A DNA stretch of 64,000 nt, from the NCBI GenBank assembly GCA_036172245.1, contig JAYWIR010000043.1:496001-560000 (forward strand), read 5' to 3'. The first letter of the stretch is position 1. Every line of letters begins with the position of its first letter. This document shows positions 23,647 to 36,599 of the stretch, piece by piece. The position numbers were made by a program, and so were the translations under genes. Below the pieces are notes generated by a model, which did not search any database, was not told the DNA's origin, and worked only from the letters and a program-made list of their open reading frames with translations. The stretch is from Raillietiella orientalis. Lineage: Eukaryota.

Positions 23647-26312
23647 GTAAGAAGGCAAAGGAGGTTCTGCACGCGGTGAAAGGGATGGTCATATCTTCTG
23701 CGGATGGGAGTTTCGAGGAAGTGGGAGCGGGGAATGTGGGTGGGTGCCCACTGGCAAGAGGAAGAGTCCTCGTAGTGGAGGAAGATGAGGCATTGAGCGG
23801 TCCCTTCTGAGAGCACCAGGGAAGCTAGACCGAGGGATGCCGACCTGAGAATTCCGTGAGGTCTTGAAGGGAGGAGGGGGGGGGGGTTCTGGAAGAGAAA
23901 AGGCAGCACCACTGACTACAGAAGTTCTGGAGGACAATGCCCTTCTCCGTTTCTCCGGAGACACCTCGCTCGTTGATGCAGCTGCGTGCTTGGCGAAAGG
24001 AATCTGGAAGAAAATGCATTCCGTTTGGAAAAGTCTCTCTGACATTCTAGTGGGATCGACCTCTTGCTGCTATGTGGATCTTCAGCCGCGAGGCGGGTCC
24101 ATCTGGAGGGAGGGCAAGAAGCAAATTTTCCAAGTTCAAGAGCAGATGCATAAGTAGAAAATATTCTCTCATGACCTGGGCAAGCTCTTCGGATCATTCG
24201 TTATCCTGTCATGCCCTCGGGGGAGCTCTGTGCGCGTGGATCTGCAGGGTGAGCGTTCCCAGCAGGACACAGGTCGCACTGCTGTACGTTTGCCGAGGCC
24301 TGGCATCCGTCTTCCGCAAGCAAATGCTCTGTAGGTCGCTCATTTGAGGATGCTCAAGGGGAGGCTTCCCGAGTTGTTGGGACCTATCTGCAAGGTGATT
24401 GCAATGCTTCTCTTTCCTTGCTGGAAGGTGTTTGGATCTTGGCAACTCCGAAAAGAGTACCATGGACTTTGGAAAAAGGAGGAGAAAGCCTTTGGGAAAT
24501 CTTCTAAACGGAATCGCCTAATCTTTCCTGCGACACCCCCAAATTGTGACTGCCCACAGAAATTTTCAGTGGCATCTCTGAGCTGTCCTGTTGTCTGGAC
24601 AGGGAAAGACCACAAGGCTCGGGCAGGTGACCCCAGTATGAGGGCGGAACTTGCTTCGGAGCTCGGAGAGAAGCGCAGTTATTACCGGAAGCGGGTGGAG
24701 ACTTCTGCGACAGATGCAGGCGCCATGTTTCCCGTCCTCCTGGGAAAAGACTGCAGAGAGTGGGAAACGCATCTCTGGTCGAAACTGAACGGTGACATCC
24801 GCCCAGAGGGAAAAGGTTGCTGCAGAAACGCTGAAACAAGCCAGGGGATCACTCATGGTTGGGGAATAAGGAAGCCTTTCCACTTTACACGTCCTCTGAT
24901 TCTTGGTTGCGAGCTGCTGGAGAAGAACAGCAGAATTTCAATGAAGAGAATGAGCGGAAACGACCAACTTATAGTGGTTTTGAATTGTGCAACAGATCTA
25001 TTGAAGATGAGATGATGACGATGGTAGTGAGGTGAAAAAGGTGAGCATCAAGAATCTCCATTCTCAGCTTACTGCAAGGGAATCCACATGGATGCTTTCA
25101 TTTTTCCGCAAGTGCGAGCGGTGTCACCCGGAAGAGGAATCGTCGTTCTTACCTCCTTTTCGCAGGAAAGATAAAACATTAAAAAAACGAACAAAGAATC
25201 TCAAAGTGAAAATGAGAATCCCAGGACAAAGAGGGACCTGACCGTAATCTGAAGATCTTGACGGCACCGAAGTCACTTGAGAGAGCAAATGGTGAGCTAA
25301 TTCTAAAGAACGAGAGACCACAAACGCCATCTGCGCTGCGATAGGGATGAAGAAGAAGAAGAAAAAAAAGGAAGCGCTTCCTCCGTCTTTCCGTGGAGAA
25401 AGAGAACATCTTCGTTCAGAACTGAGACGAGTGTAGTTCAACGTGATAAGGTCCATAACTAGTTCATCCTAAAGTTAAGGATCTTTCATTGAAATTCAGC
25501 TCTAATGTTCTGCGAAAGCTTTGAACGAACTGACCTCTGCATCACGAAGGCTCCCATCGCTGCAGTTATTCAGAGACAAAGACTTTAATTAAAGGATATG
25601 GAATAAGGAAGCTTACAAATCTCTTTTTACTCTGTCAATAGGAAGAAAAAACAAAGGTTCTGATTTTGATTTGGCTTCCTGGAACTGCAAGTATGGATTC
25701 ATTCAATTAGATGCACGTGGTATGCTGTCAGGTTTGGTCTTGCAGGGTACGGACGCTGGCTTGGTTCCTTCGAGGTTCCGGAATCAGTCGTTTGCTTTCT
25801 TAGCAAACAGCGCGAACTGTCCGAAAGACAAAGTGTCCATGCAAAAGTGCTGCGCAGGGGCTTCTAGCTTTCGTTGATGCCAGTCGAATTCAGAGTAGCG
25901 TGTCTTGGAGAGTGTTCGGCAAAATCAGCGGAATATTTTTTTTTCTTTCGGTGTCATTCCTGAGCAAAACCTCTGGCGAAACCTTGTCAGAAGAAAACGG
26001 ATGGCCAGAATGCTGCTGTCATCAGGAAGCGCGATGAAGAGGACTCGTTCGAAAGGACTCACTCACCGTAGGATTTCGCAGCTTTCGTACCTCTGGTACA
26101 GTTGCACGCCTTTGCCGAGGATCCGCGGCGAGTGAGCATCACTGCATCCTCGCAGCTTCTGCTTTCCACATCGTAAATTAAGCCGCAATCCGGAGAAACA
26201 ATTTACCGTACTGTGCATCAGCAGCTGCTGCATGCCTGGCTGCAATCTCGCAGCCCATTGCGAGAACGCGTTGTACTTGCCAAACATCTCATCCTGAAGT
26301 GTATATCCCTAG

Positions 26313-26509
26313 TCTGTGCGTTCGATGATTGCCCGAGTTTGCAAGAGTTACAGAGGCAAACTCTCGACTAGAGACAACTGGCCCACGTACGCCAAGGCAA
26401 GATTGATTTGTCCGGTCCCAGGAGAGATACCTTTCTATTATGATGAAATCCAAGGAGCATTCTACCACAGGAGTCAGAGGATTTTGTACGCTACTTTCGG
26501 TACACCAGA
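26313..26509 (+). CDS. Sema5c: Semaphorin-5-like, coding exon 5 (Sema domain)
   Basis: SVRSMIARVCK...DNWPTYAKARLICPVPGEIPFYYDEIQG...ILYATF; acceptor ccctag, donor aga|gtgagt. Confidence 0.95.
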
Positions 26510-28930
26510 GTGAGTATGTCTGTTGAGATTCTTTTGTTCTCTTATCTGAAAGCTTTGTGATTCGCTCGATCTTTTGATCTCTCCACCGATTCGCTGACAA
26601 ATCCTCATTCTAAAGACGCTGTGAGTCATTCCACACATGAAGTTTTGAAAAAGCTAATAAAAGTGATTGCTGTTAATTCAGAAGACAGTTTGGTACAGTG
26701 TAGCTCTGTTTTTCAATCGATTCGTGTCGTTCCACTGGTAGAAACCATCAGGAAACGTTCCTGCATTGAGGTGGTTCTTTGTAACTCTTCCCCGAAGAGC
26801 TCTCAGATTGCTTGCAAAGTTGTTTTCCCGTCTTGGAACACTTTTGTCCTGCTGAAAGCTCGTCTTACGCCTAAGGCCACAAACCTTAGCTGCTTTTGTC
26901 CCGTAGTTGGCTAGAATCTCTGTGGTGCTCCTTCTCTGTTCGACTTCTTCTGATTTTGTTTTAGTTGCTGCTTTCTTGCTTCCTTGGTAAGCACGTACTG
27001 CTTGTATTCGGTATTTGGAAGGATTTTGGTAGAAATGACCTGCGAACAACTGACCCTTGTTCCGTTCAGATGGGCCCACCAGCCACAATCAGGGAGAAAG
27101 CCAACCTATTCCCAATAAGCGGACAGTCTTTCCGTTTCCTAAAAGATGAACTTTCCCGTGGTTACCCGAACTTTACGTGATCCAGACTGTCTGCCCCCGA
27201 ACTTCACATTACAGCTGGGCTATTTCAAGCCTCTTTCGGTTTCTTTCCGTCCCTCAGATTTCAGCATTTTCCTTATTGGGCTCCGTCATCGAAATCCCCA
27301 AGGAGTTGCTTACTGCAGAGGGAGATCAAAGGTCAGACATAGCCGGGTGCGTGCTCATGTGGGATGCTGGTGAGACGCAAACGAGAGTCGGGAAACGAAC
27401 GCGGCTTCCTTTCCGCAGATTTCCTCTTCGGCGTCGAAAGCAGGGTGTGCTCTGCCCGTTGAGATCTCGGTACGAGCACGTCTTGAGGATCCCTTTGCAT
27501 GTATACCTTGTTGCAAATGTGCCCTACGACCCGGAATGTTTGTGATGTAGGCACGTTTCATTAACAGTAACTGTCTGTTGCCACCGACCGGGTTCGTTTA
27601 GCTGCAAGAGAGCACCTCACCTTGAGCTCCACTCTTTCACGAGTTACTTGCGAATGCTTTCAGCGATGCGTTGATTGATGTCACGACATGAGTAGGATGA
27701 GTTTGACATTACCCGTATGGGATGGAACTCTCGGATTGCCGCCTAATCCTGTTACGGCATGTTGCAAAGCAGTGCATTGGGCTGGTGGGAGTACCGTGAG
27801 GGGAGTTCACCTCCCCGTGGCTTTTGCGGCCTACGGGTGTTCCTCCTATGTGTTTCCCCTAATTCTTGATCGCCGTTCACCGGCACAGAGAACGCAAAAA
27901 CGAGCGTTCAGCTATTCAGAGGTGTGAAGGCGTGAGGGACGAGGGGATGCATCTGTTCTACTCTTAGGATAGAGAGATGTTGGAATGGGCAGTGTCTCCA
28001 GTTGCCTGTGTGGCAAATTAGTCAAGGAAAAGTATGGAGCTTCTTCCAAGCCCATCCTTAGTAAGGTTGCCATCGTCGAGGAGCGTTCCGTGGGAACCAT
28101 GGTGACGCGAATGAATGGAAATCGGATATCTGCAGAGATTAGAATACTCGATCTCTTCTGTTTTTGTTCTTCAACCAAAGTCTATCTCAAAGGTTGGTGG
28201 GGGCAACCTTTTTTCCGGGCTGTTCATGGCTGCACACATGAGGGTGTGAGGAAGCCTGTGTTGTGTCGGCTACGTCTTTGGTCAGCTTCACAGAGCAGTA
28301 GCCAAGCAGCGAGGCATAGAGACGTAGCTTTGGGCATGGTGACATCAAATCTCGTTGGGAACGTTCTGTGTGTTATCTGCGGAATAATTGCAAAAATTTC
28401 ATCTCTTTCTCATTTGTTCTTTCTTGAAGATTAGCTTCTCATACATTTTTTTCTCTATTCAACTCATAAGGATTTTTTTTTGTGTGCCGGTCGCCAAGCT
28501 TTCCTAGAGCTATTCGCTGCCATGACAATCGCTGATTCCTAACTATCTTCACTCGTCCTTTTACCCTGCCTCCTTCAGCAGTCCTGAATGGTAATGCTCA
28601 GTGTGTACCAAGGAGATCAACACTTGATTTCCTCATCCCTTTACGGTTCTTCCCTCAACAGACCTGCGCTTCGATGGCCAATGAACTTTTACATGACCCT
28701 GGAAGGTGGCGTGTACCGTTGGTTTATTTTACATAAATAACCTCGCCATTTTAATCTAGCGTCAGAGGTCACTTTCGAATTCTCCGGGAGGGAGGAAAGA
28801 AGGAATCAATTTATTCGTTTCTATTGTCTAGCAGGACCGTTCCAGAACCAGGAAAGAAACCGGGAGGAATGGAGAAGGGGGCGGAGCAATACTGTCGAAG
28901 GCTAGGTTGCGAAACTTGCTCATTTTTCAG

Positions 28931-29167
28931 AAACGGAGTGCCGAGTTCCTCAGTGTGCTCTTATCCGATGTCTTCTATCGAGGAAGTGTTCCGTGAGCAC
29001 TTTGATGGCGTTACAGGTTCTGGAGGGAGCAGCGAACTCGCCAACGGACGCCACACGGGCTGCGACGCTTCCTCACGATCCCATTCTGATTCCACGGAAC
29101 CAGTCTCCATAGCTCGACCTGTGACTCCTCTCCCGCCCGCGCCTCTTTACTACGAGGATATGATCAG
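28931..29167 (+). CDS. Sema5c: Semaphorin-5-like, coding exon 6 (Sema domain)
   Basis: NGVPSSSVCSYPMSSIEEVF...RPVTPLPPAPLYYEDMIR; acceptor tttttcag, donor cag|gtaaga; phase 2/2. Confidence 0.9.
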
Positions 29168-29824
29168 GTAAGAGAAAGCACTGCTCTTGCAGCAACTTTC
29201 CGAAAGTGGTGACCTCCCTCTGTGAAAGGCACATGTCTGTTCGGACACTAGAGGTCCCCTGCCCTATGTACTGTTGTGACGTTTCCTTTATAACCTCCTT
29301 TTCCGCGGTCCAAGCAGCCTGCTCGTGGACAGGAAAGCGCTCTCGGGTCGTAGAGTGAACGGAAGGAAGGAAGAGCTGGTGTTTTCTAGGGAGCTCTTCT
29401 TCATCTCAGTTTCATGGGACATTGGGAAGGTGCTTCCCAAATCTTGCCCACCGAGTACCTTTCTCAGCTCGAGCGGAAGTCGGTCTCCATCCTTCCTGAA
29501 ACGTCGCCGGTGGGGGGTAGGGTAGTGAGGGGTTTCAATCGATCCAGAGGAGTTCATATGAGTGGGAGAGTCGGTCCTGTAGCAGGGGAAGGGAAGGGGA
29601 TGGATGGCAGGCGTATCGGCGTTTCTCATCCGTAAAACAGCGGAGAATGATGATTAAACCGAAGGAAAAGGAAAAGAAGAAAAAATCTTCTCCTTGAGGT
29701 ATCGTGCACTCTTTGTCCGAGAGCATGGAACCTGTTGCTGTTTCTTTTTCTCTGTTCATGGTATCTCTGACGTCTTATGTCGCCGCTGCTGCCTTGCTCC
29801 ATAACGGAGCTTCTTGTCTTCCAG

Positions 29825-30026
29825 GTTCACCTTTATCGCGACAGACAGTGTGCGGACCAAGACACACCAGGCATTGCAGGTGCTATTCCTCTCCACGCCG
29901 TTCGGGATCATCAAGAAGATCATCATCGATCCTCTTTCGAATGCCACTTGCGTCCTAGAGGTTATCGATCCTTTCAAGGAGGAAATGAGGTCGAGGGTTA
30001 CAAACTTCGAGTTTCTGAAAGAGACG
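29825..30026 (+). CDS. Sema5c: Semaphorin-5-like, coding exon 7 (Sema domain)
   Basis: FTFIATDSVRTK...VLFLSTPFGIIKKI...TCVLEVI...FLKET; acceptor tcttccag, donor acg|gtaatt. Confidence 0.93.
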
Positions 30027-33000
30027 GTAATTCTCCGAGATGTAGGGAGGGGAGGTTACTGGATCCCCCTGGAAATTCTTTCCACAGCGGCGTGTGTCGC
30101 CTGGGGAGAACTCTTCCCAGTCCTCCCCCGGCGTGCACAGATGGGGTGGTTGTAGGAGGGCAGCTCATACTGAAGCTTACTATACGTCCAACCTCTTAAA
30201 ATACCGTCTAGTTGCAAATTTCTTGCAGATGATGCCAGAGTTATCTTTCGAGGCCTTCAAGCTAGAACATTCAACTCACCGTTCCCACTTTCCAGTCTAC
30301 GATCCGAATTTGAACCCCACAAGTCCCTCATCTCCGGCTGCGTGAACGGTGCCCGTGGGTGCTGGCGTGTGTATCCTAAAGGGTGGCTCGCAGCAGGGCA
30401 GATCTGCTCATCCCTGTGCTTGTCGGAGCACAGGGTTTCGCTTCTACGCGAATGGGCTCTAGCGGAGCAAGGCGATAGATAGCCTGGGGAGTCCGGATGT
30501 CCTAATCCCTCTTTTTGGCTCGAAAACTCCTCGAGCTTTCGATCTCCTTCGCCTGGATCGCGTATGCTGGTTCCATGTGATTAAGCCCGGTAACTCCTCA
30601 TCGAAGCCGTCTGGAAGGCCAGAAAGAGAACGAGGAGCTTTCTTCTTCGGGAGGGGAAGCCGGACCTAAGGAGATTAGGCTCCTGTTGGCGCATGATCGG
30701 ATGTGGATGTGGAGAGAGTCCGATGGCTGCATGGATGGATTCCTTGCTAAGGGCACGAAAAGCAGCTGTCGCTGATCGGGCAGACTTTGATCCGGAACTG
30801 GTTTGCAGGATCCATGGAAAACGGGATGCTGCGAACTCTTGTTTTCTTCGAATCGGAATCCGGATGGGAGTATCGAGGCGTCAGCTGTCTTTCACTTTGA
30901 GAATTTTTGCACGGTTGCTGTGGTGCTTCCCTTGAGTAATGTATAGCAATGGGTTAGCAGACACGATCGGATTATAGTGAATAAGCCAGTGGTATGCAGA
31001 AGCCTACGACTAATAAGAGATGAGCTCACTGCCATTGGAACAGAGTAAGGAGCGAAGAGAAGTTTGCTGCTGGCAGCCGAGACTCTGAAAGATGTCTTTG
31101 TACGCAACAGTGGCATACCGTAAACCTGTTGAGACTCATGAGCTTTCTACCTGTGAACTCTCCGGATGAAGGGGAATGCCTTCCGATTTGCGTCCTGAAA
31201 ACATAGATCCTTTGCTCCTGGGACGACAGCTCCTCCTTTGAAATTTATATCGAGTCCAATTTCCTTCTTCCTGGACCCTCACTCGGGAGTAGAGATAAAA
31301 ACTTTGCTGTTTTCGTAAAGCAGAGTGCCTCTCGTTAGTGGAAGCCGGTCAAGAAAGGAGCTTCTTGCTTCATTTTCGTAACCAATATCCTCCTTTTCTT
31401 GCAGTGGCTTTCTCATCTCCTGGGTGATGCATGCAGAGCATACAGGAACACAGAGCTTCTGTGTGGAATTCGCTACAAAGCAGGCCCACTTGTTGCATGC
31501 CACTGTTTGCATGCCACTTTTGGTGGGTCTAAGAGTGAAGTGAACGCTGCTGTGGAGCAGTGCCATCATCACGAGCGCTGCCAATCTTTTAATGGAAGAA
31601 AGAAGAAACGAAAGGATCATGCAGGATGATTTTAAAGAGAGAAATGTCTTCGAATTCTCCCGAGCTTCGGAATCGTGAATCATATTTTAGAGGAGAAATT
31701 CCATCGGGGGCCATCTGCCTGATGCATGCGTATAAAAGAAGGTCCTACTTTTCATTCTTTCTTTCTTTGGCTTTTCGGGTGCTGAAGTCTTGCCGGTGAC
31801 ATGGCGGAACGCCTTTGGACTGCACAGCTTTCCCTTCCGTTGCCAAGCTACCGTTGTTCTGCACGCTCCCTGTCACACAGCGAACAGGGGGAGGAATGGC
31901 TTTCTTCTTAAAGGAGGACTGGAGTCCAGCAATTTAGGTACTTTGCAGCTTCATACGCATATGAAGAAAACTAAATCCTTTGAACGTGCTACAGGATCTG
32001 TGTATTAGATGGTATCTATGGTGCACTTTCTCAGTATGTTCTAAACTGCATGGCAGAATTCGAAACAACTTGACTATTGCTTTCTCATCCCAAATAGATG
32101 CAGCCTTCTAAGAACACACGTAGAGAAACCCCTGTCTCTTGAAACCAAATTTGCGCAGATCTTGTAGGTGCTTTCGGTGAAACGAACGCAGAATGATCAA
32201 TAACTTGACTCATGGTTTAATGCATCTCTTGGATTCCTGAGAAGATAAATTCATGAGTGCATGTTTGATGCATTGTTTTTAGTGAGTGTCTGTTAAGACG
32301 GATACAGCTGCGGTGCTTGGATAAAAATACGAGCCTCGAAGATGAGTGGATACTCACTGTAGGCGACTGTAGGTATTCTTTTTCGTCAAGGATGGATGCC
32401 ATTGAAAGACAAACTGAAGGTTGTTCCTGGTGTCCATCTTGTGCGTGTGTAGAGCTCATGCTCTACATAAGCACATAGGCAGCGAAGCATCGCATTAGAA
32501 GCCGCAAATGCGTAGAGAATAAGAGTATTCGGTCTCTGCAGAACTCCGATGTTACTGAGATACCAAGACTGTTCTTAAAGCGTCCATATGATGACCTTAA
32601 GTTTTGTAGTCAAGATGAACTGCTTTTCTTTCTCTTCTTCATGTAATATCCAGATGTTTTGCACTTTTCATCAGACTGCTGGTAATGCTGAATTTTTTCA
32701 CTCTGTTTATCTTTCACTACGGTCAAAGATCGCTGCTCTCCGTCCATTAACGAATGTGTGCGGTTACGATGAAGTTAGATCGACTGGGCAGGACCCATAA
32801 TACAAAAGACGTCGGACGGAGACAGGATAGTGATGAGACTTCCCAGATGGATTGGGCAGCACCGCCACACTTGAGCAAAATAATTTATCTCGGATGTTTA
32901 TCGCGCTCTATGGAGAAATCAGGCAGCTTGCTTCTTACCGTTCAAAGAAACGATCAAGAGACACCCAAAACGTCTTTCTCTCCAAGGACAAAGGAGATCC

Positions 33001-34165
33001 TCAGTCCCCAGCTACCCTTTCTTCCATCTTTGTGGAAAATCCGTCCATCCCGATTTGAACATAGGTTGTCCATCGGTGGACCTAGGCAGACGCTTTCCAG
33101 ATCATGATATGTGCGTAGCAAGAAAAGCAAAGCAGTTCCGCTACTTAGGTGCATGAGATGAGAAGTTAGACTGGCTCCCAGGAAGGCTATGTCACCAGCA
33201 AAGTGCAGTTCATACGGTCCTTGATGGAGAGAGAGAGAGAGAAAGATGAAAAGTTCATTCCATCTTGGAGTCGAACTGGGGCTTAATGGGGCTTTCCTCT
33301 TGAACAGAACATTTGTTCTCACATGCAGTGTGTTCAGCCTCTTGGAGTCCGAATACTAGTAGATGATGTCGAAGGATATCGCCTCACCCTCCTGCTCTGT
33401 GTTCCGGTTGACCTTCGTGACCTCCATTGCGGACTGATCGTTTCGAAGCTCCCCGTGGAAACCATGGATCGCTAGTGATTTCCGGTCTCAGTTTCGTTGT
33501 TGGTTTCTCACGAACTCGCTGGTGTTTACAGGCAAGTGCGGCAGCGGTTTGCCGTTGCTGTTGGCTGTTTCCTATCACCAACCATCCTTTCCTCAGTTCC
33601 TCGGAACTTCCCCTTCCTCCTCCTTTCTGATGGTGAGTCTTGCCATCCGTGTTAGTGTGTTCAGCTGACTCTAAGCAAGATTCGAGTGCTGACTGGAGCC
33701 CGAAAAGACTCTGGAGTCTTGCGATGCGTCGAAGAAAAAAAAAAAATCGGAGATAGGATAGGATTTCCTCTCCTCTCCAACCATCTCCTCACTCTTCCAT
33801 CACGAGCGAATCCTCGGGAGCCATGCGACATCCATACTTCGACTTGGCCTCCCCGCTTACGGGTTCTTCTTTCGCTCCCTCTTTCCTTCGCCCTCCCGTT
33901 CTTCCTCGCGACACGCACTTTCACAGCGCACCTCCTTTCACTTGAATCACGAGATCTCTTCAGGATGCTTTCCTCAGTGACGTCCCTGATCTTTCCTCAG
34001 CTTCCGAGTCCATTTTCCTATAACCTCATCCAGTTCTCTTCCCGTTCTTTCTTTGATTCCGCCTCAGCCGGACTCTGCATCGCTCCCGAGAGTTTCCCCT
34101 GCAGTAATCTGTACAGCGCCTCGTGCTTCCGGTGGCCACAACCTTATCCTTTCTCCCCTTTCCAG

Positions 34166-34385
34166 GCCTCCCTCTACGTAGCCACGGAGACGCAACTCTC
34201 CCGAATCCGCGTGCACCGTTGCGGTGCTTTCACTTCGAGATCGTCTTGCCTGGACTCCTTGGACCCCTACTGCGGCTGGGATGCTGAGGAGAAGAGGTGC
34301 ACTGCTGCCGTCGAGTCCGATAGGCTAATCCGCCCTCGCTGGGAGCAGAGGGCGATCCGCTGCCCCACGGGACCTCCTGCTGCAG
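34166..34385 (+). CDS. Sema5c: Semaphorin-5-like, coding exon 8 (Sema end and PSI domain)
   Basis: ASLYVAT...HRCGAFTSRSSCLDSLDPYCGWDAEEKRC; acceptor cctttccag, donor cag|gtttcg. Confidence 0.95.
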
Positions 34386-34482
34386 GTTTCGTATCCTTCC
34401 CGAAAGGGGAAGAAAGAAAGGGAGAGGGGAGGAGAAAGGAATGTAATGGGAAGCGCGGTTTCCCTCCCCCCCCCCCCTCCAG

Positions 34483-34842
34483 GGTTTATTCCGGGAGCTC
34501 GGCTGGAAAGCACTCCCTGGTCGGAATGGTTCCCTTGCAACGAAAGACGCTCCCCGTCCGGAGAGATTGGCAGCTGCCTGTGCCGTGCTCTGCTGCAGCG
34601 TCGCCGTGGTCAGGCGGCGGTGCGCAGCGATGACGAACGCCGCCCCGTCGCTGTGCAGGTAGTCAACTGCACAAGGGACGGCGTGCTGACAGAATGGAGC
34701 CCCTGGTCTCCATGTAACGCGTCCTGTGGAAGAGGTCTCCGGATGAGGAGGAGGACCTGCGTTCCCCCTGAGCACGGCGGACGGGCCTGCGACGACAGCC
34801 TGGAGGAAACGGCACCTTGTTGGAGCTCGCGGCCTTGTTCCG
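34483..34842 (+). CDS. Sema5c: Semaphorin-5-like, coding exon 9 (TSP1 repeats 1-2)
   Basis: PWSEWFPC...CLCR...VVNCT and EWSPWSPCNASCGRGLRMRRRTC..PEHGGRAC; acceptor cctccag, donor ccg|gtgagc. Confidence 0.92.
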
Positions 34843-34941
34843 GTGAGCGATGACTGCCTTTTTCCTCCCATAGCCTTTTCTTTCCCATTCCTGTTCAACC
34901 CGTGGATGGCTCTCCCTCCCTTCCAAAACTTCAAGTTTCAG

Positions 34942-35337
34942 AAACCGAGGCGTTGCCGAGGACCACCGCGGAAGACCACGGGTGGAGCGAATGGTCTTCC
35001 TGGAGCCCATGCCGCGGAGACTCCTGCGGCGGTGAAGGGACACGTGAGAGGACACGCAGGTGCCTCCTGCTTCCTTCGCCCACCAGCTTGGGAGTTAGCA
35101 GTCGTCTGCCACTGTGCCGAGGTTGCAGCTCAGAGCGCGAAAAGTGCGACCTCGGCCCTTGCCCGAGGTCTTCATTTCCATGGACTCCCTGGACCGCATC
35201 CGAGGTGACCACGGAAGTTCACGGAGAACGAAGGATCATTCAGAGCCGATTCTCCTGCGTCCCTGGGACCCCCTATACTGGAATGCTAAAGGAAGAGAGG
35301 AGGGCATGTCCATCTGTAGAGTCCTGTCAGCTCGGAG
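34942..35337 (+). CDS. Sema5c: Semaphorin-5-like, coding exon 10 (TSP1 repeats 3-4)
   Basis: GWSEWSSWSPC..SCGGEGTRERTRRC...CRGC...CDLGPCP, WTPW...RFSC; acceptor tttcag; ends at the GC donor gag|gcaagt. Confidence 0.88.
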
Positions 35338-35408
35338 GCAAGTTGATAGGACGGAATGGGGAGAAACATTTTCCCCCTATCTTCTGTCTCTTCCTTCCCA
35401 TTTCTTAG

Positions 35409-35890
35409 AAGAGTGGGCGCCGCTGTGGTCCTCGAGACATGACGACCGCTCGTCGATGTCATTATCGTCCAGTGCTCCCGCAGCCCCGGTCTTTCTCCCC
35501 GAAGAGGGAAGGAGTTCGAAAGAAGGTAGCCAGGAAGACCACCTTCCCCCTATCCTTTGTTTTTCCGAAGGTCACGAGCTCCTTTCAAGAAGCGAGGCGG
35601 GATTTGACCGCAGCCATCTGCTGGCCGCGTTCTTCGTGGGGTTCGTCGCCGGAGGCGTGGTCTCCCTGCTGTTGCAGCGCCTCTTCTGCACAGGACGGAG
35701 GAGCGAAACCTCATCCGAAACCAAGGGACGCGAATCCCATGCATTCCCTCAGGATCCCTGTGTCTTTCCCGGAAAATCCCGGCCCATGAGAGGCAACAGC
35801 GCCAAGGAAGGCTTGCTCTGTCTGCTCGCTGACCCCAGAATGGGCAGTCGACCCAGAAGTGAGCGAATGAGCAACGACGCGTTCGGTTGA
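35409..35890 (+). CDS. Sema5c: Semaphorin-5-like, last coding exon (stalk, transmembrane helix, cytoplasmic tail)
   Basis: Acceptor tttcttag; EWAPLWSS...HLLAAFFVGFVAGGVVSLLL (TM about 35615-35675)...TGA 35888-35890; in frame with exon 10 via the GC donor. Confidence 0.82.
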
Positions 35891-36599
35891 ATCAAGGGAT
35901 CGGGAGCCCATTGTCCATCTCATCCATAGTTACATCCTCCTCCCTTCCTTCTTTCCTCCTTCCCTCCCAGGGAGGAGAAAGAGCAAGAACAGGACCTTAA
36001 GACACCAGCTGAGAACTTCCACCTCCCGAAGTCTTTCACCCATGACCCACCCCGCCGTCAAAACTTCCACAGGCGCGGAATCCTCGTGCTCTGGAGGAGG
36101 CAAATGACAGTTCCTCGTTCTGGTGGACTTCGCTCCTTTGGCTTGAGACTCGGGCCTGTGTCCCTGTCGGAAATCGCTATAGTATGCGGACTCTGTGCAA
36201 ATCCCTCAGAAGACTCGCCCCTAGTGGGTTCGCACTGCTGGGCTATGTGATTATAGCGGCATCACATTTCTGGGGAAGTTGGCATTGCTTTGTACTTGCA
36301 CACTGCTCCCCTCCTGGTCCTCTGAGGGTCACGCTGCTGTTCTTCAGATTTTCTGAAACTGGGATGCAGGTTCCTGGATCTGCATCTGGACTGATTCTTT
36401 GAAACCATGTCATGCGTGAGGCTGCTTCCCTTAGACGGTTCACCGACTTGATGGATATCTCCATGCCCATTTCCAACGGTGTGGAGTTCTTCCAGGGAGT
36501 TTTCTTCAAGAGAAACAGCTCCTTTCTTGACTGTTACCTGAAGACGCGGAAGTAGGAGAAGCTAGTTCCGTCTTCGGGAGAGCGCATCCGCAGATGTGG

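Noticed and set aside
23950..24500. Possible RTE C-terminal relic on - (SRWTRLAAE...KRS)
   Set aside because: Only one weak motif; not supportable without a search.
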